From Lama glama (Eukaryota): a DNA stretch of 64,000 nt. Position numbers and translations under genes: made by a program. Of the stretch, positions 12,301-23,310 are shown piece after piece; the stretch's first letter is position 1; each line of letters starts with the position of its first letter. The stretch covers positions 97,528,001 through 97,592,000 of the forward strand of contig CM052817.1 of the NCBI GenBank assembly GCA_028534125.1, in the 5' to 3' direction. The notes under the pieces are model-generated. The model was not told the origin of the DNA. It was given only the letters and a program-made list of their open reading frames with translations, and ran no database searches.

Positions 12301-13407
12301 AATGCAAGACGAGGGTCAGGTTGATGTAGCAGTTAGCAGCCTGGCGAATCATCTCTGAGACTGGAGAATTCAACAATTGTTGCAACATACAGATGGATTT
12401 CTCTGCGAAGGAATCCTCTCACATCAGGTTTCTCTCTCCCTCTCTCCTTCTCTTGCTTTCTTCTTTTTCCTGCCTTTGCCACACACATTTTGAGGTGGCT
12501 CACAAGAAGAACACAAACAATAAATAGCGATTAAGAAAGAGGAGCTACACCACCACACGAACATGGCTAAGAACACATTCCTTAATGGCAAATTCAAGCA
12601 CTGTTACAGGTATTTCCATGAGAAGTTAAGCAGCAGGCAAGTTGGATAATTTTTTTCAGATAAACAGGAGGGCAGAGAAGTTAGCTGCTTGCTTCCGCTT
12701 CCCTAACGTTGGGGGACAGTTGGCTTGGGCACAGAAACACCTTGACACCTTTTTGTATTTGTTTCTATACATACGTGGAAGAAATATTCAAAATCCTTTG
12801 TGAACTGAGGCGAGGTATACATAAACATGTAAACAAATAACTTCGGAAGCAACAACAACAACAGAAAAACAGAACTGAAAGGATGCTTCTAAGAATGCAC
12901 AATGAGAGAGAAATTCTACTGGGGGATGATTTGGCATTAGTTGAAGTACTCCTTTCTGGAATGAGTCACCTAATATTTAGTCCTGTATGTTTATAGACAT
13001 AACATCATGAATTTTTAAATATCATTGAAAATTATAAACATATTCCCTAGCCTCCTAGCCATGGACACGGACTCCCCACCATGATCTGAAGAATCAGAAC
13101 CTCTTCTGTAATGATTTGTAGACAGTCAGTTCTATACTTTTTCATCTAGTCATTCATTTAGTCATCTTAAGTCCAACATCTCCTATGCTTTCCACACATC
13201 TGCTGTGTAACTTGCGGGGGCGGGGGTGATGGTCATAGTTTTCTAGTGCCTGGGAAAAGAAGCAGGCTCTGGAGGTACAGAACACCAGGCTTTTAATTGC
13301 TTTAGTTGTCAGAGAGAAAAAGATTACTGCCCGAGTTCTGCCAGTTCTCTTGTCTCAAGTTAATGCCAAAGGCTACACTCCTCCCCCTACTAAATCCTTC
13401 CCAGGAG

Positions 13408-13582
13408 ACTCATGATTGTCAAACTTGAATGTGTGTGAGGCACACCTGGTGTGCTTGATACAAATGTGGAGATGCTGATTCAGCATGTCTTGGGTGCTGC
13501 CCAGAATCTGCATTTTCAACAAGGACCCAGGTGCTTCTGATGCAGATGGTCCGTGGACCACACTGTGAGAAACACTATTTAG
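13408..13582. mobile_element. MER5A-like hAT-Charlie MITE
   Basis: CCCAGAATCTGCATTTTCAACAAGGACCCAGGTGCTTCTGATGCAGATGGTCCGTGGACCACACTGTGAGAAACACT. Confidence 0.8.
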
Positions 13583-13881
13583 ACAAATTTACTCAAAGGT
13601 AAAGATGTCTTTCAAGAAGCTGAACGAGAGACGAGTTGTTGGCTGGTGGTGCTGCTTGAGCAGGAAGGCAAGGAGTCCTGTGACACTGGTGAGGGCAGGG
13701 AAAAGGATTTTGACAGGTAATTTTTAATAAAGAGCTATGAATTAATCGGGTTAGATGGAGCTATGGTGGGTATTAGAAAAATGAATATTGGTTTATGAGA
13801 GTTCAAAGAGCCTTGAAGGCAAAGGGAGGATTTTCCTAGGAAGATATGGGGCTGAGAGCGGGGACAACTCCTAAAGAGGTG

Positions 13882-14472
13882 ATGCCAGTTACCATGGCCA
13901 AAAGACCCCGAACTTTATTGTTTAAAACAATGTCCATTTTATTGTGCTCATGGATTAGGAATTTGGATAGGGCATGGGGGGAGGCCCTAGCCAGCCTCTG
14001 CTCCAGGATGCCTGGGACTTCAACTGGCAAAACCAAGGGTGGGGGTAACTCAGTGCATCGGCCTGGGAACATCACCAGGCTCCTCCACTCTTGCGTCTGG
14101 CATCTCGATTGCACTGACTGGAAGATCAGGGCTGCCAGCTGGGGTGTCCTCCCCTGGCCTGTCCATGTAGCCTGCCTTCCTTGCAATATGTGACCTCAGC
14201 ATATTTGGACCTCTTACATGGAGACCCAGAGCTCCAGCATGAGTGTTCCAGTAAATGAGGTGAGTTATATCATCCCATGATTATGGCCCAGCCTCAGAAG
14301 TCTCACAGTGTCACTTATACTAAACTCTACTGGGGGAAGCGGGCAGAAGCCCACCCAGACTCAAGGAGAGGAGAACTCAACTTCCACCATGAGGCAGTGG
14401 CAAAGTCATATTGTACAAGAGTGCATGATAGGAGGAATATTGATGTGCCATCTTTGGAAAATAAAATCTGTT
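13882..14472 (-). mobile_element. MaLR LTR (MLT1F/H-like)
   Basis: CTCATGGATTAGGAATTTGGATAGGGC...GCCCAGCCTCAGAAGTCTCACAGTGTCACTT...GCCATCTTTGGAAAATAAAATCTG. Confidence 0.75.
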
Positions 14473-14509
14473 GGGATCTAGGGGGTTTGGGTGGCTAGAA
14501 AAATAGAGA

Positions 14510-15060
14510 CAAAATGGGTAAATCAAGAGTGGTAAGTTTTATCAATGCAATGCCACACAGTAGTGAAGAGGTATGAACTAGAGAGACACACATGAACTCA
14601 GATGAAGCTCCGAAAAAGCACACACTGGTTGAGGGGAGGAGGATAGAGCTCAGTAGTAGAGCATGTGTTTAGCATGCACGTGGTCCCAGGTTCAATCCCC
14701 AGAACTGCCATTAAAAAAAAAATAATAAACCAAATTCCTTTTCTCCCTGGGGGGAAAAAAGCCACGTTGCAGAATACTTACTATCTGCTAGCATTTTTAA
14801 AAAGTTCAAAATAGTTCAAAATAAGCCACACATTTTTCTTGTTTAGGTTTACCTACATATGTGGGACGACCCTAAAGAGAAAGCAAGTCGGTGAGAAAAA
14901 GGCAAGCAAACTTTAAAATAGTGGTGATCTCTGGGGGTCCTGGAGGGGCGAGAGGAAGGACTGGAGAACACACAGGGGACTTTCCAGGTCCCAGTGCTGC
15001 TCTACTTTTAGGACGAGGGATGGGTTCATGGGTGTTTATCTTACCCTCTACTCATTTATT
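14510..15060 (+). mobile_element. Old L1M (L1ME-like) 3' fragment, interrupted by a SINE
   Basis: CAATGCCACACAGTAGTGAAGAGGTATGAACTAGAG...AAATAGTGGTGATCTCTGGGG...ACAGGGGACTTTCCAGG...GGTTCATGGGTGTTTAT. Confidence 0.55.
14632..14760 (+). mobile_element. tRNA-derived SINE (vic-1-like)
   Basis: GGAGGATAGAGCTCAGTAGTAGAGCATGTGTTTAGCATGCACGTGGTCCCAGGTTCAATCCCCAGAACTGCCATTAAAA...AATAAACC; Pol III A and B boxes present. Confidence 0.85.
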
Positions 15061-15094
15061 GCTATTTTGTCCATGTGTGTAGACGGAGTGATTA

Positions 15095-15545
15095 ATTTAC
15101 TTGTTCATTCGACAAATATATATGGAGAGCCTAGTACGTGCTTGACATGTGTTAGGTAGTGAGAATAGAACGATGAATAAGCTAGTCATAGTTCCCCCCT
15201 TTTCAGAAGGGGTTTGTGGTGAACGAGTACACAGGGGAGGAAACAGGTAAGCAGGGAATGACATACAGGGAGATAAGTCCTCTCATAGGAGAACAGCAGC
15301 TGTGAGAGGCAAACGACCCAGATTTGAGTCAGGAAAGATCTCTGTAAGGGAAAGAAACATCCCCATGGTGCTCTGGAAGATGAATGGTAGACAGAGGGAA
15401 GAGTATGTGTTCTCGGAGGATCCGCAGGTGAGAAGGACCTAACATATTTGCAGTATTGCATGGACATCGAGGATGAAGCGGAAAGTAGCCAGAGACGAGC
15501 TTAGAGGGTTAAATAAGGTCTAGATCATGAGAATCCTTGTACTTA
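15095..15545 (-). mobile_element. L2 3' region
   Basis: TTCATTCGACAAATATATATGGAGAGCCTAGTACGTGC...AGTCAGGAAAGATCTCTG...TAGATCATGAGAATCCTTGT. Confidence 0.65.
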
Positions 15546-16399
15546 CATTCCAAAGGACCCTTGGTTGCAAGGGCTTGGAGCACACATCAACCAACCCAAG
15601 TGAAAAGATGATTTTTATCTTACCTCTGCTGTACCATCTACAGACCACAAAGGACAGGAGTTGGGCTCATTGACAGGGACATCTGAAATGAGGAACTTGA
15701 ATGCCATGAGCAATCTCTTGCTCTGTTCATCTTTGTGTATCACCTCTCTCTCTGTTGACACCTCTGCTTCTAAAGGTCACCTAACAGAAAACATGACTGC
15801 TGACTCCCTCAGTCCAAGTCCTAAAATCCAGGGGAAGAGATCTATCAACTGTGGCTGGAGTAATAATGCAGGTCTCACGGAAGTCATGTAGACGGATGGG
15901 AGCGATTGCTCGAGAAAGGATCCTCTGACGTCCATGTCTCTATGTTAGGGACTGGTGCTTTTCCCTACAAGTCATAGAGTTTTAATAGGACGGCAATATA
16001 ACCTTATTTGCATATTAGAAAGATGAATTTGTCCAGAGTTTGGAGAACCATCTGGGGTGGTGGTCATAAGGTCACAGGGAGAAAGATGAGTTGGTAGCTT
16101 GCTGCAGGGAGAAAGAACGTGTTGTGGGTAGTGGCCGTGTGATGTTGATGATGTGGTAAATTTCTGTTTATTTTCTTCTAGACTTGAGTATTTCACACTG
16201 TGTCGTTAGAGCATTTTCCTGAAAAGTCTAGCATCCAAGGAAGGGTGGGAAATATTTTTGTGGCCAATAAAATAGCCTTCTCTTGAAGAGTAATAAGACC
16301 ACTTCCTTTTTGTGATTCCTACAGAACAAATATAATCACAGAGATGTTTGTCTTTAACGTCTGCACCCATCCTTTTTGTGTTATTCTCATTACCACAGT

Positions 16400-18032
16400 C
16401 AGGGGGTAGATCCAGGTTTAGGGGCCCCTTTTAGAAAAAATACAAAAAGTAATAAACATAAAATTAGAAATGGAAGTGAACTTTTAGATAAGAAAAGGGG
16501 TGACAAATATGTTCCTGTGCTACAAATACATAATGCTACAAATATTACAAAATCCATTAAAAAACACATTTTTCTTAATTCACTACTTTATATGCCTCAC
16601 CACATTTTTTCCCCTGATACATGTATTTTTTGGCACATACTAGTTGATCACCACTTTAGAAGCTAAGGATTATGTAGCATTTTCTACAGAGAGAACAGAA
16701 AGGCAATTTTTTCTCCAACTTGATGAATTGGAAATTAAAATATATTAATAGCCAAAAAAATTTCTTTTAGCATCACAGATCATTACTGGTAATGTCATGT
16801 AAATTGTTCTCAATTGTAAGTTGTTCTCAGATTTATGAAGAAAAACTATCCATTTTTTTCCTGTGAATGATCTGCTTTAGACTATCTGTGAGGTGGGGCT
16901 AAAGGCTTATGTTATGTAAACCCAGGAATTTTGATAAATTCTACTTTGGACCACTCCAGTTTTAAAAGAAACAAAGTATTGTGTATTTATAATTATAATG
17001 CAGTTAAACAGTTATAATGTATATGCTGTATTGCTGAATAAATACCCAACAGAAGAAAACATCAATTTTGATTAGTTACCAACTGAGAACCACATCACCC
17101 ACTTGCAACTTTGCACATCTGATGGTTGGAAGGATTTTCCACAGACTTCTGGCCCCATACATGCCAGAATGTGTTTCTTTATCACCTGCGTGGCTGGGGC
17201 CTGAGGGCCTTGGGGGATGCTGTGCTGGGATTCAACTCGTGGTCCCGCACCTTCCTGTCAAGCTGGCACTGGGGCATGGGAGTAGTTCTGAAACCGTTTC
17301 TGCACAGGGAAAGATAGTAATAAAGATACAGGAAAGCGAATGAAAAACCTCATAAAAGATACCTCACTCAGCCCAAACTAAATCTCTCTCCAATTCAAAT
17401 TTCCCCTATCTCATTTCCAAAATGTCCACAGCCTCTCTAGTGTACAAGAGGAGAGGGACAGGGGAGGAAAGTGTGGGTGTATTATGGACTGAATGTTTGC
17501 ATTTCCCCATCCTACATGCCCACCTTGAAGCCAGCGTGATGGTGTTCGGAGCTGGGGCCTTTGCAAGGTGATTAGTGTTAGATTAGGTCATGAAGGTGGT
17601 ACCCTTGCGTTGAGATTAATTAGTATGCTTGTAAGAACAGGAAGAGCTCTGTCTCCCTCTCCCTCTTCACGTGGGCACAGAGGAAGGGCCACATGAGGAC
17701 CGACTGTCTCACATGACCTTCCAAGCCAGGAAGAGGGCCCTCACCAGGACTCCACCATGCTGGCACCCTGCTCTTAGACCCCCAGCCTCCAGACCTCTGA
17801 GAAAATAGACGTCTGTTGTTTAAGGCCCCCAGTCTACGGTATTTTATAACAGAAGCCCAAACTGGCTAATCGGGAGAAAGAGACAGTTGTCTGAACCAGT
17901 CAATACCTTATTTTTGCAGAGCTGACAAAACCACGACTCTGTGAAGATGTTACTGGAGTCCTTTCTGAAGCCCCGGATGAGGCTTGTGCAAGAAAGGGGC
18001 CTCAAATTAAGCTTCGTGGTAAATTCATCTCT
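16400..18032. mobile_element. hAT-Tip100 DNA transposon remnant (Zaphod/MER115-like), interrupted by an MLT1 LTR
   Basis: Left end CAGGGGGTAGATCCAGGTTTAGGGGCCCC; right end GGGGCCTCAAATTAAGCTTCGTGGTAAATTCATCTCTG (imperfect TIRs). Confidence 0.55.
17480..17870 (+). mobile_element. MaLR LTR (MLT1A-like)
   Basis: TATGGACTGAATGTTTG...GGGGCCTTTGCAAGGTGATTAG...AAGCCAGGAAGAGGGCCCTCACCAG...CAGTCTACGGTATTTT. Confidence 0.85.
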
Positions 18033-18329
18033 GGTCACAACTCTAATTCTTACCCTTAATACTTAGTGCTCAGATAATTGCATTAACCCTCTAATGAATT
18101 TCTCTGGATGAAGTCCCTCTTCTCAGCCAGGTTACGTACCCAATGCAATAGTGACCATTATTCCCAGATACAGCTTCTGGCATGACCTTCTCTGCATAAG
18201 GCCACGGGACACCCATAGGGTAAAATCTAAATCCCTTAGTCTGATGTTCATGGGCTCTATAATCTGGCTGTCATTTTTGTTTATAAGTTTTTAATCCCTG
18301 GGCTTCCTACACAATGGAAAGAAAAGTGA

Positions 18330-18515
18330 ACACTTATTAGCAGCCTACTGAGTTCTTGGCTTTCCCCCAAAAGTTAATATTTTCAGTTCTCATCACAACC
18401 TGTCTGGCATGATGTACAAATGAGAGAAGGGAGTTCAGAGACAATGGCTGGGACAGGAGGCAGACCTGTCTGACTTCAGTTCTCCTGCTCTGCCCACTGC
18501 ACGGTGTGGGAGCTC
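18330..18515 (-). mobile_element. MIR fragment
   Basis: ACACTTATTAGCAGCCTACT...TCTCATCACAACCTG...TACAAATGAGAGAAGGGAGTTCAGAGA. Confidence 0.45.
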
Positions 18516-19257
18516 CAGCTCCATCCTTGACCCTCTGTGTGAATTGAGATGTGGTTAAAGCCTCCCTTTAAACCCCATTCTCTCAGGAAAGCTTTTCCCG
18601 TTAACTCTGGGCCCCTCCCCGCTCTGAGCTGCCACAGCATTTGGTGCCTGCGTTGTTCAGTGGGCGGGTCTTCTCCACAGCCTTGCATTTTTATCTTATT
18701 TCACCTTGTGTATCCCAACTGGAACTTGCTTGTAAGCCCTTTAGAGGAAGAGAGAAGGCTTGACGTTTTTGTGTAGACCTTGTTTAACCCCCGGCAAGGC
18801 TCCCTACGCCGTTTAACAGATAATTCTAGAATGAGGACATTTCTTCGTCAGCGGGCCCCCAAGATGAAGGGAGAATGAAGGGGAAGGACGAGCCACCCTG
18901 CCTCTTGCTGTTTCTCTACGACGTTATTCAATCACCAGGACAAGGAGAGTTGCCACTGGGGTTTGGTTTTAGGTTTTTCTCAGAAGTACAGCCGCCGACT
19001 GACAGGGCCCCAGAGAATATGAAAGCGGTGTGAGCACCAGCTGGCCCTGGCTGACGTGAGGATGGCATTCCCCAGAGCGCCACTCGCACGGGCGACCCCC
19101 ACACCCGTCAGCCTTCACAGTCTGATGGAACGCGAAAGAGCTTGGCTCCCTGGGGACTCTGAGCACTCTGAGGAGGAAGATGAAGTTTCCTGAATCACCC
19201 TGACATGTGTCCAATGTTCTCTAAATCAGCTTACCTTTCTAACATACTTACTGTTGG

Positions 19258-19900
19258 TCTTTATTTTTCTTTATTTTTTTAATTGAAGTATTATCAGTTA
19301 TAATTTCTGGTGCACAGCATAATGTTTCAGTCAGACATACACATAAATATATTCATCTTCATATCCTTTTTCATTATAGGTTATTATAAGATATTGAGTA
19401 TAATTCCCTGTGCTATATAGAAGAAATTCAATTTTTATCTGTTTTATGTACTGTATTTAGTATTTGCATTTCTCGAACTCCCAGTTTATCCCTTCACACC
19501 CTCTCTCCCCGCAGTAACCATAAGTTTGTTTACTTTGTCTGTGAATCTGTTTCTGTTTTGTTGATAAATTCATTATTGTCTTCTTTTTTCATTTCTTTTC
19601 TTTCTTTTCTTTTTAAGATTCCACATATGAGTGATATCATATGGTATTTTATTTCTCTTTCTGGCTTAACTCACTTAGAATGATAATCTCCAGGTCCATC
19701 CATGTTGCTGCGAATGTCATTATTTTATTCTTTTATATGGCCGAGTAGTATTCCATTGCATAAATATAACATAGCTTCTTTATCCAGTCATTTGTCATTG
19801 GACATTTAGGTTGTTTCCATGTCTTGACTATTGTAAATAGTGCTGCTGTGAACATTGGGGTGCATGTATCTTTTTGAATTTGAGTTCCCTCCAGATATAT
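19258..19900 (-). mobile_element. Young L1 3' end (~640 bp)
   Basis: T-rich tail then TTTAATTGAAGTATT...TCCACATATGAGTGATATCATATGGT...GGTCCATCCATGTTGCTGCGAATG...GAACATTGGGGTGCATGTATC. Confidence 0.92.
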
Positions 19901-19949
19901 TTTTCATAAAGAGTACTAAATTTAATTTTGGAGTTTTACTTCCTAGTTT

Positions 19950-20145
19950 CAACTTTTTATTGCAGAACATTTGAAATATACACAAGAGTAGAGAGAACAG
20001 TATAATGAACTACCATGTAATTATTACAAAGCTTCTAAAATTAACATCCCATGGCCAAACCATGTTTCATTTCTCTTCCAGTTCTAGATGATTTTGAAGC
20101 CAATCCCAGAAATCATATTATTTCATCCTTTACTTCTTTTAAAAA
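19950..20145 (-). mobile_element. Old L1ME 3' fragment
   Basis: AATATACACAAGAGTAGAGAGAACAGTATAATGAAC...ATTTTGAAGCCAATCCCAGAAATCATATTATTTCATCC. Confidence 0.65.
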
Positions 20146-20470
20146 ATTCTCACAAAGCAAATCTTTGACAAAAGAAGCTTAATAAGGAGAAGTTTGATGA
20201 TAACATTTTTAACATAACAAATGTTTAAAAAATGATGACATGTGACTTATATTTTATTTATTTAATTTTCCAAAAAGTAGTTATGTAAAATATTTCTTTT
20301 TATAAAAATCCTGAATGTAGAAATCCATAGTAATGTCAAAGAAGACAAAAATTAATCTTGTTCATCCTATTCAGTTATTGTAAGCTAGCTAGCAGCAATA
20401 CCTAAAGTATCCGATGAGTACAAATATTGATCTGGTGTCTTCACTCGAAAACACTTTCAACTCTGTTTAC

Positions 20471-20726
20471 CTAATTCATGTTTTGCCAGTCCAATTCCTT
20501 AGCAACACATCTGTAGAATCCGTTTGACTCCAGAATGGTCACTGGGTCCATCTGGATTTCCCCAAATGACATCTCTGAGCTTTGGATCAAATTAGAATAG
20601 AGTCGTATGTAACGGGGAAGAATGTATTGGTGGCAGAAGTCACACCTCTTCCCCATCAACTCTCTCTTGATGTCAGTCTTCTTGCCACGAAAGAGACTGA
20701 AAGCTCATTCTGACACTGCTCCCAAA
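20471..20726 (-). other. Candidate non-coding (5'UTR-like) exon, 256 nt
   Basis: Acceptor TGTTTCACTTTCCTCCCCTGCCCTGCATTCTAAG| and donor TAG|GTAAAC; non-repetitive sequence; all three frames contain stops. Confidence 0.35.
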
Positions 20727-20747
20727 CTTAGAATGCAGGGCAGGGGA

Positions 20748-20920
20748 GGAAAGTGAAACACAGACGGTCTCAAAGACATTTATAGAATCTATAATGAAAC
20801 TCATTCCATTTCTTTATCTTTCTAGTTGATGACGTCCCATTGTCTCTCAGAAAGGATTCATGCTCTCCTACCTGGTTGCTAAGATGAGACAGATGGGGAA
20901 CTTTTCATTTTCCTGGATTG
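20748..20920. promoter_or_regulatory. Cluster of IRF/ISRE, CRE, NF-kB-like and GAS-like motifs
   Basis: GGAAAGTGAAAC 20748-20759; TGACGTC 20830-20836; GGGGAACTTTTC 20895-20906; GGAAAATGAAA (minus) 20903-20913; TTCCTGGAT 20910-20918. Motif matches only. Confidence 0.35.
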
Positions 20921-21000
20921 TGTAGACTTGAGCTGTCATCTCCAGTGAGTAAGTCAGCCTACAAGACAGCTCCGTTCAGGCTTTCTGTTAGTTTTTATTT
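20872..21000 (-). other. Candidate upstream exon, 129 nt
   Basis: Acceptor TTTTTTTTCTCACTATTACAG| and donor CAG|GTAGGA; would leave a 145-nt intron to the 20726 acceptor. Confidence 0.3.
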
Positions 21001-21405
21001 CTGTAATAGTGAGAAAAAAAATGACTGATGTAAAGAGAGGTACGGAGGGGAGTTGCTCTGCAGTGGGGTGAAGGAGGAGAGAAACTGAAGTGCTGGGTTG
21101 GGAAAAGGCGAAGGATATTCTGAGTCTGAGAAGAGGGTGAGCTGGTAGTTTGGGGACTTGAAGAGTAGGCGAAATCTCTGCCCTGTTTCCCCCCTTTGTG
21201 CCGCTGGGGAGGCAGCACCGAAAGTGTCAGGCTCCCATTCTCTGCAAACCCCACTCCACGTCTCAGCTCTTGGAGCCACTGTGTGGTTTGGACCACGCGC
21301 AGCCTGCCCGCAATGATGACATCCGTGTGGGCTAAAGTCCAGCAGGCTTTGCAGCGTGAACTTGTTTCTCTGTTTTATATGCAGTAGTTAGTCTCTGCAC
21401 AGCTC

Positions 21406-21530
21406 AAATATATGTATGTACATGGATGACTGAAACATCATGGTGTACACCAGGAACTGACACAACATTGTAAACTGACTATACTTCAGCTAACTAACTA
21501 ACTACTCTGAAATAATTAAAAAACAAAACC
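21406..21530 (+). mobile_element. Short young L1 3' tail
   Basis: ATATGTATGTACATGGATGACTGAAACATCATGGTGTACACCAGGAACTGACACAACATTGTAAACTGACTATACTTCA; tail has decayed to (CTAA)n/A-rich. Confidence 0.85.
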
Positions 21531-21853
21531 AAACAGTGGGCCTGTCCAAACATTCTCAGCCAAGTGAGACTTTCCTGATCTACGCTGGACCTGGATAGGG
21601 GAGGTGGGATAGAGGCTCCAGTAATAAGCACCATTGATTTTCCTACTGTTGCTTAGATTAAATATTCTTCAGAAAAATAAAAAATGTGGCATTTCTTAAA
21701 CTTAAGATGTGGAGTAAAATTTATGACAGCTGCATTTTGTACTTTGCCTAATTGACTGTCTCAGAAGTTTTGAAAGAATCCTCAGAAATATGAAAGAAAT
21801 TTTCCTTCAATGGGGTTATTACATTCATGATTTGGAAGCTTCTTTTGGTCCTA

Positions 21854-22251
21854 TATTATGGACTGAATTCTGTTGCCCGTTATCCCCCACCCCCCACAAA
21901 TAAAAAATTCATAGGTTGAAGCCCTAACCTTCAATGTGACTGTATTTGGAAATGGGGCCTTTGAAGAGATAAAGTTAAATGAGGTCATAAGGGTGGGTCC
22001 CTAATCCAATATGACGGATGTCGTTATAAAAGAGAGCGAGAGATGCCAGCAGTGTGTACACAGGAAAGGCCATGTGAGGGCACAGCGTGCAGACAGCCAT
22101 GTGCCATCTCAGGAGAGGCCTCAGGAGAATCCAACCTGCCAACCCCTCCATCTAGGGTTTCCAGCCTCCAGAACCACGAGAAAATCAGTCTCTGTTGTTG
22201 AAGTCACCCAGCCTGTGGTAGCTGTTATGGCGACTGTAACAAAGGAATACA
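21854..22251 (+). mobile_element. MaLR LTR (MLT1A/B-like)
   Basis: TATGGACTGAATT...GTTGAAGCCCTAACC...TGTGACTGTATTTGGAAATGGGGCCTTTG...CCAGCCTCCAGAACCACGAGAAAATC. Confidence 0.85.
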
Positions 22252-23151
22252 CCGTATGTAATACTTTTATGTGACGGTCTTTATTCTCATAGAAAATCTA
22301 CACTATTGTCCTCTAATAGAAATCCTCGTGCTGTGCGGAGCTGATTTATACTCTATTGGCTAAAATAATTTGCCTTCTGAAAACACTGTCACAAGAACGT
22401 ACTGGGATGCCATTGACTAAACACTCAGGAAATGATCACTGGTCAAACAGTGATTAAAAATAATGCGGGGAGTAGGTTATGGGTAGGATGGGGAGATTCT
22501 GCCCCTGGAAGTTAAACCAGTAAGGACTTTCCCCAGGCCCTGCAGTGATGCTGGGTGGAAGTGCTGAATACGTGCTAGTTTACCAGGGAGACAATACTAA
22601 GTTATAAAAATTACTTTCTTACTACCGTATTTGCCTATTTGCTGCCATTATAATTCTGCTTAAGATATTTAAAGATGGAGAGTCAATCTGCTTCTGATTT
22701 TATAGGCCTCTAAAATTGCTACTTAAATTTCATATGCGCTGTCAAAAAAAAGAAGGAGAGAAGACAGGAAAAATATGAAGACGAGGAATACATATTACTA
22801 AACTGTAAGTTCCTCGAAGTCAGGGATATGTCACTGTCTCCCTGAGATCGTCAAACACTCTAATTTGCACACGGTTGGCATTTACGAGTGGTATATTGGA
22901 TTGCATCTCTGAGACAAAGAAAAGCATATAGTTAATATGACTGCAGAATAAAGATTACATTTTGTGAGCACCATGAAAAGTCAATTTTATATAGGAGTGC
23001 AAACACTTGAGTAGATTTTAGCTGGGCTAATATACCGACAAAAATGTAGGTGTTTTTGAATTTCTAGATACTTTCAACTATCTATGGTATTAAATATTGT
23101 GAAGACCTGATGAACTGATTGTCCCAATTGGTCACTTTTTACTTGGTTTGC

Positions 23152-23310
23152 TTTTTACCAGCTTTATTGGGGTATAACTGACAAATACAACCGTAAGACA
23201 TTTAAACTGTACAATGCGATGATGTAATATACACAGACCTGGTGGATAATGTCCTCCCACCAAGTTCATTAACACATCCATCACCTCACATGTTTACTTT
23301 TTTTTTTTTT
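23152..23310 (-). mobile_element. L1MA-type 3' tail
   Basis: CAGCTTTATTGGGGTATAACTGACAAATACAACC...TTAACACATCCATCACCTCACA. Confidence 0.75.

Noticed and set aside
14632..14712. tRNA gene
   Set aside because: tRNA-like head of a SINE with the family tail and A-rich end, not a cloverleaf gene; the same applies to the copies at 9632 and 42404.
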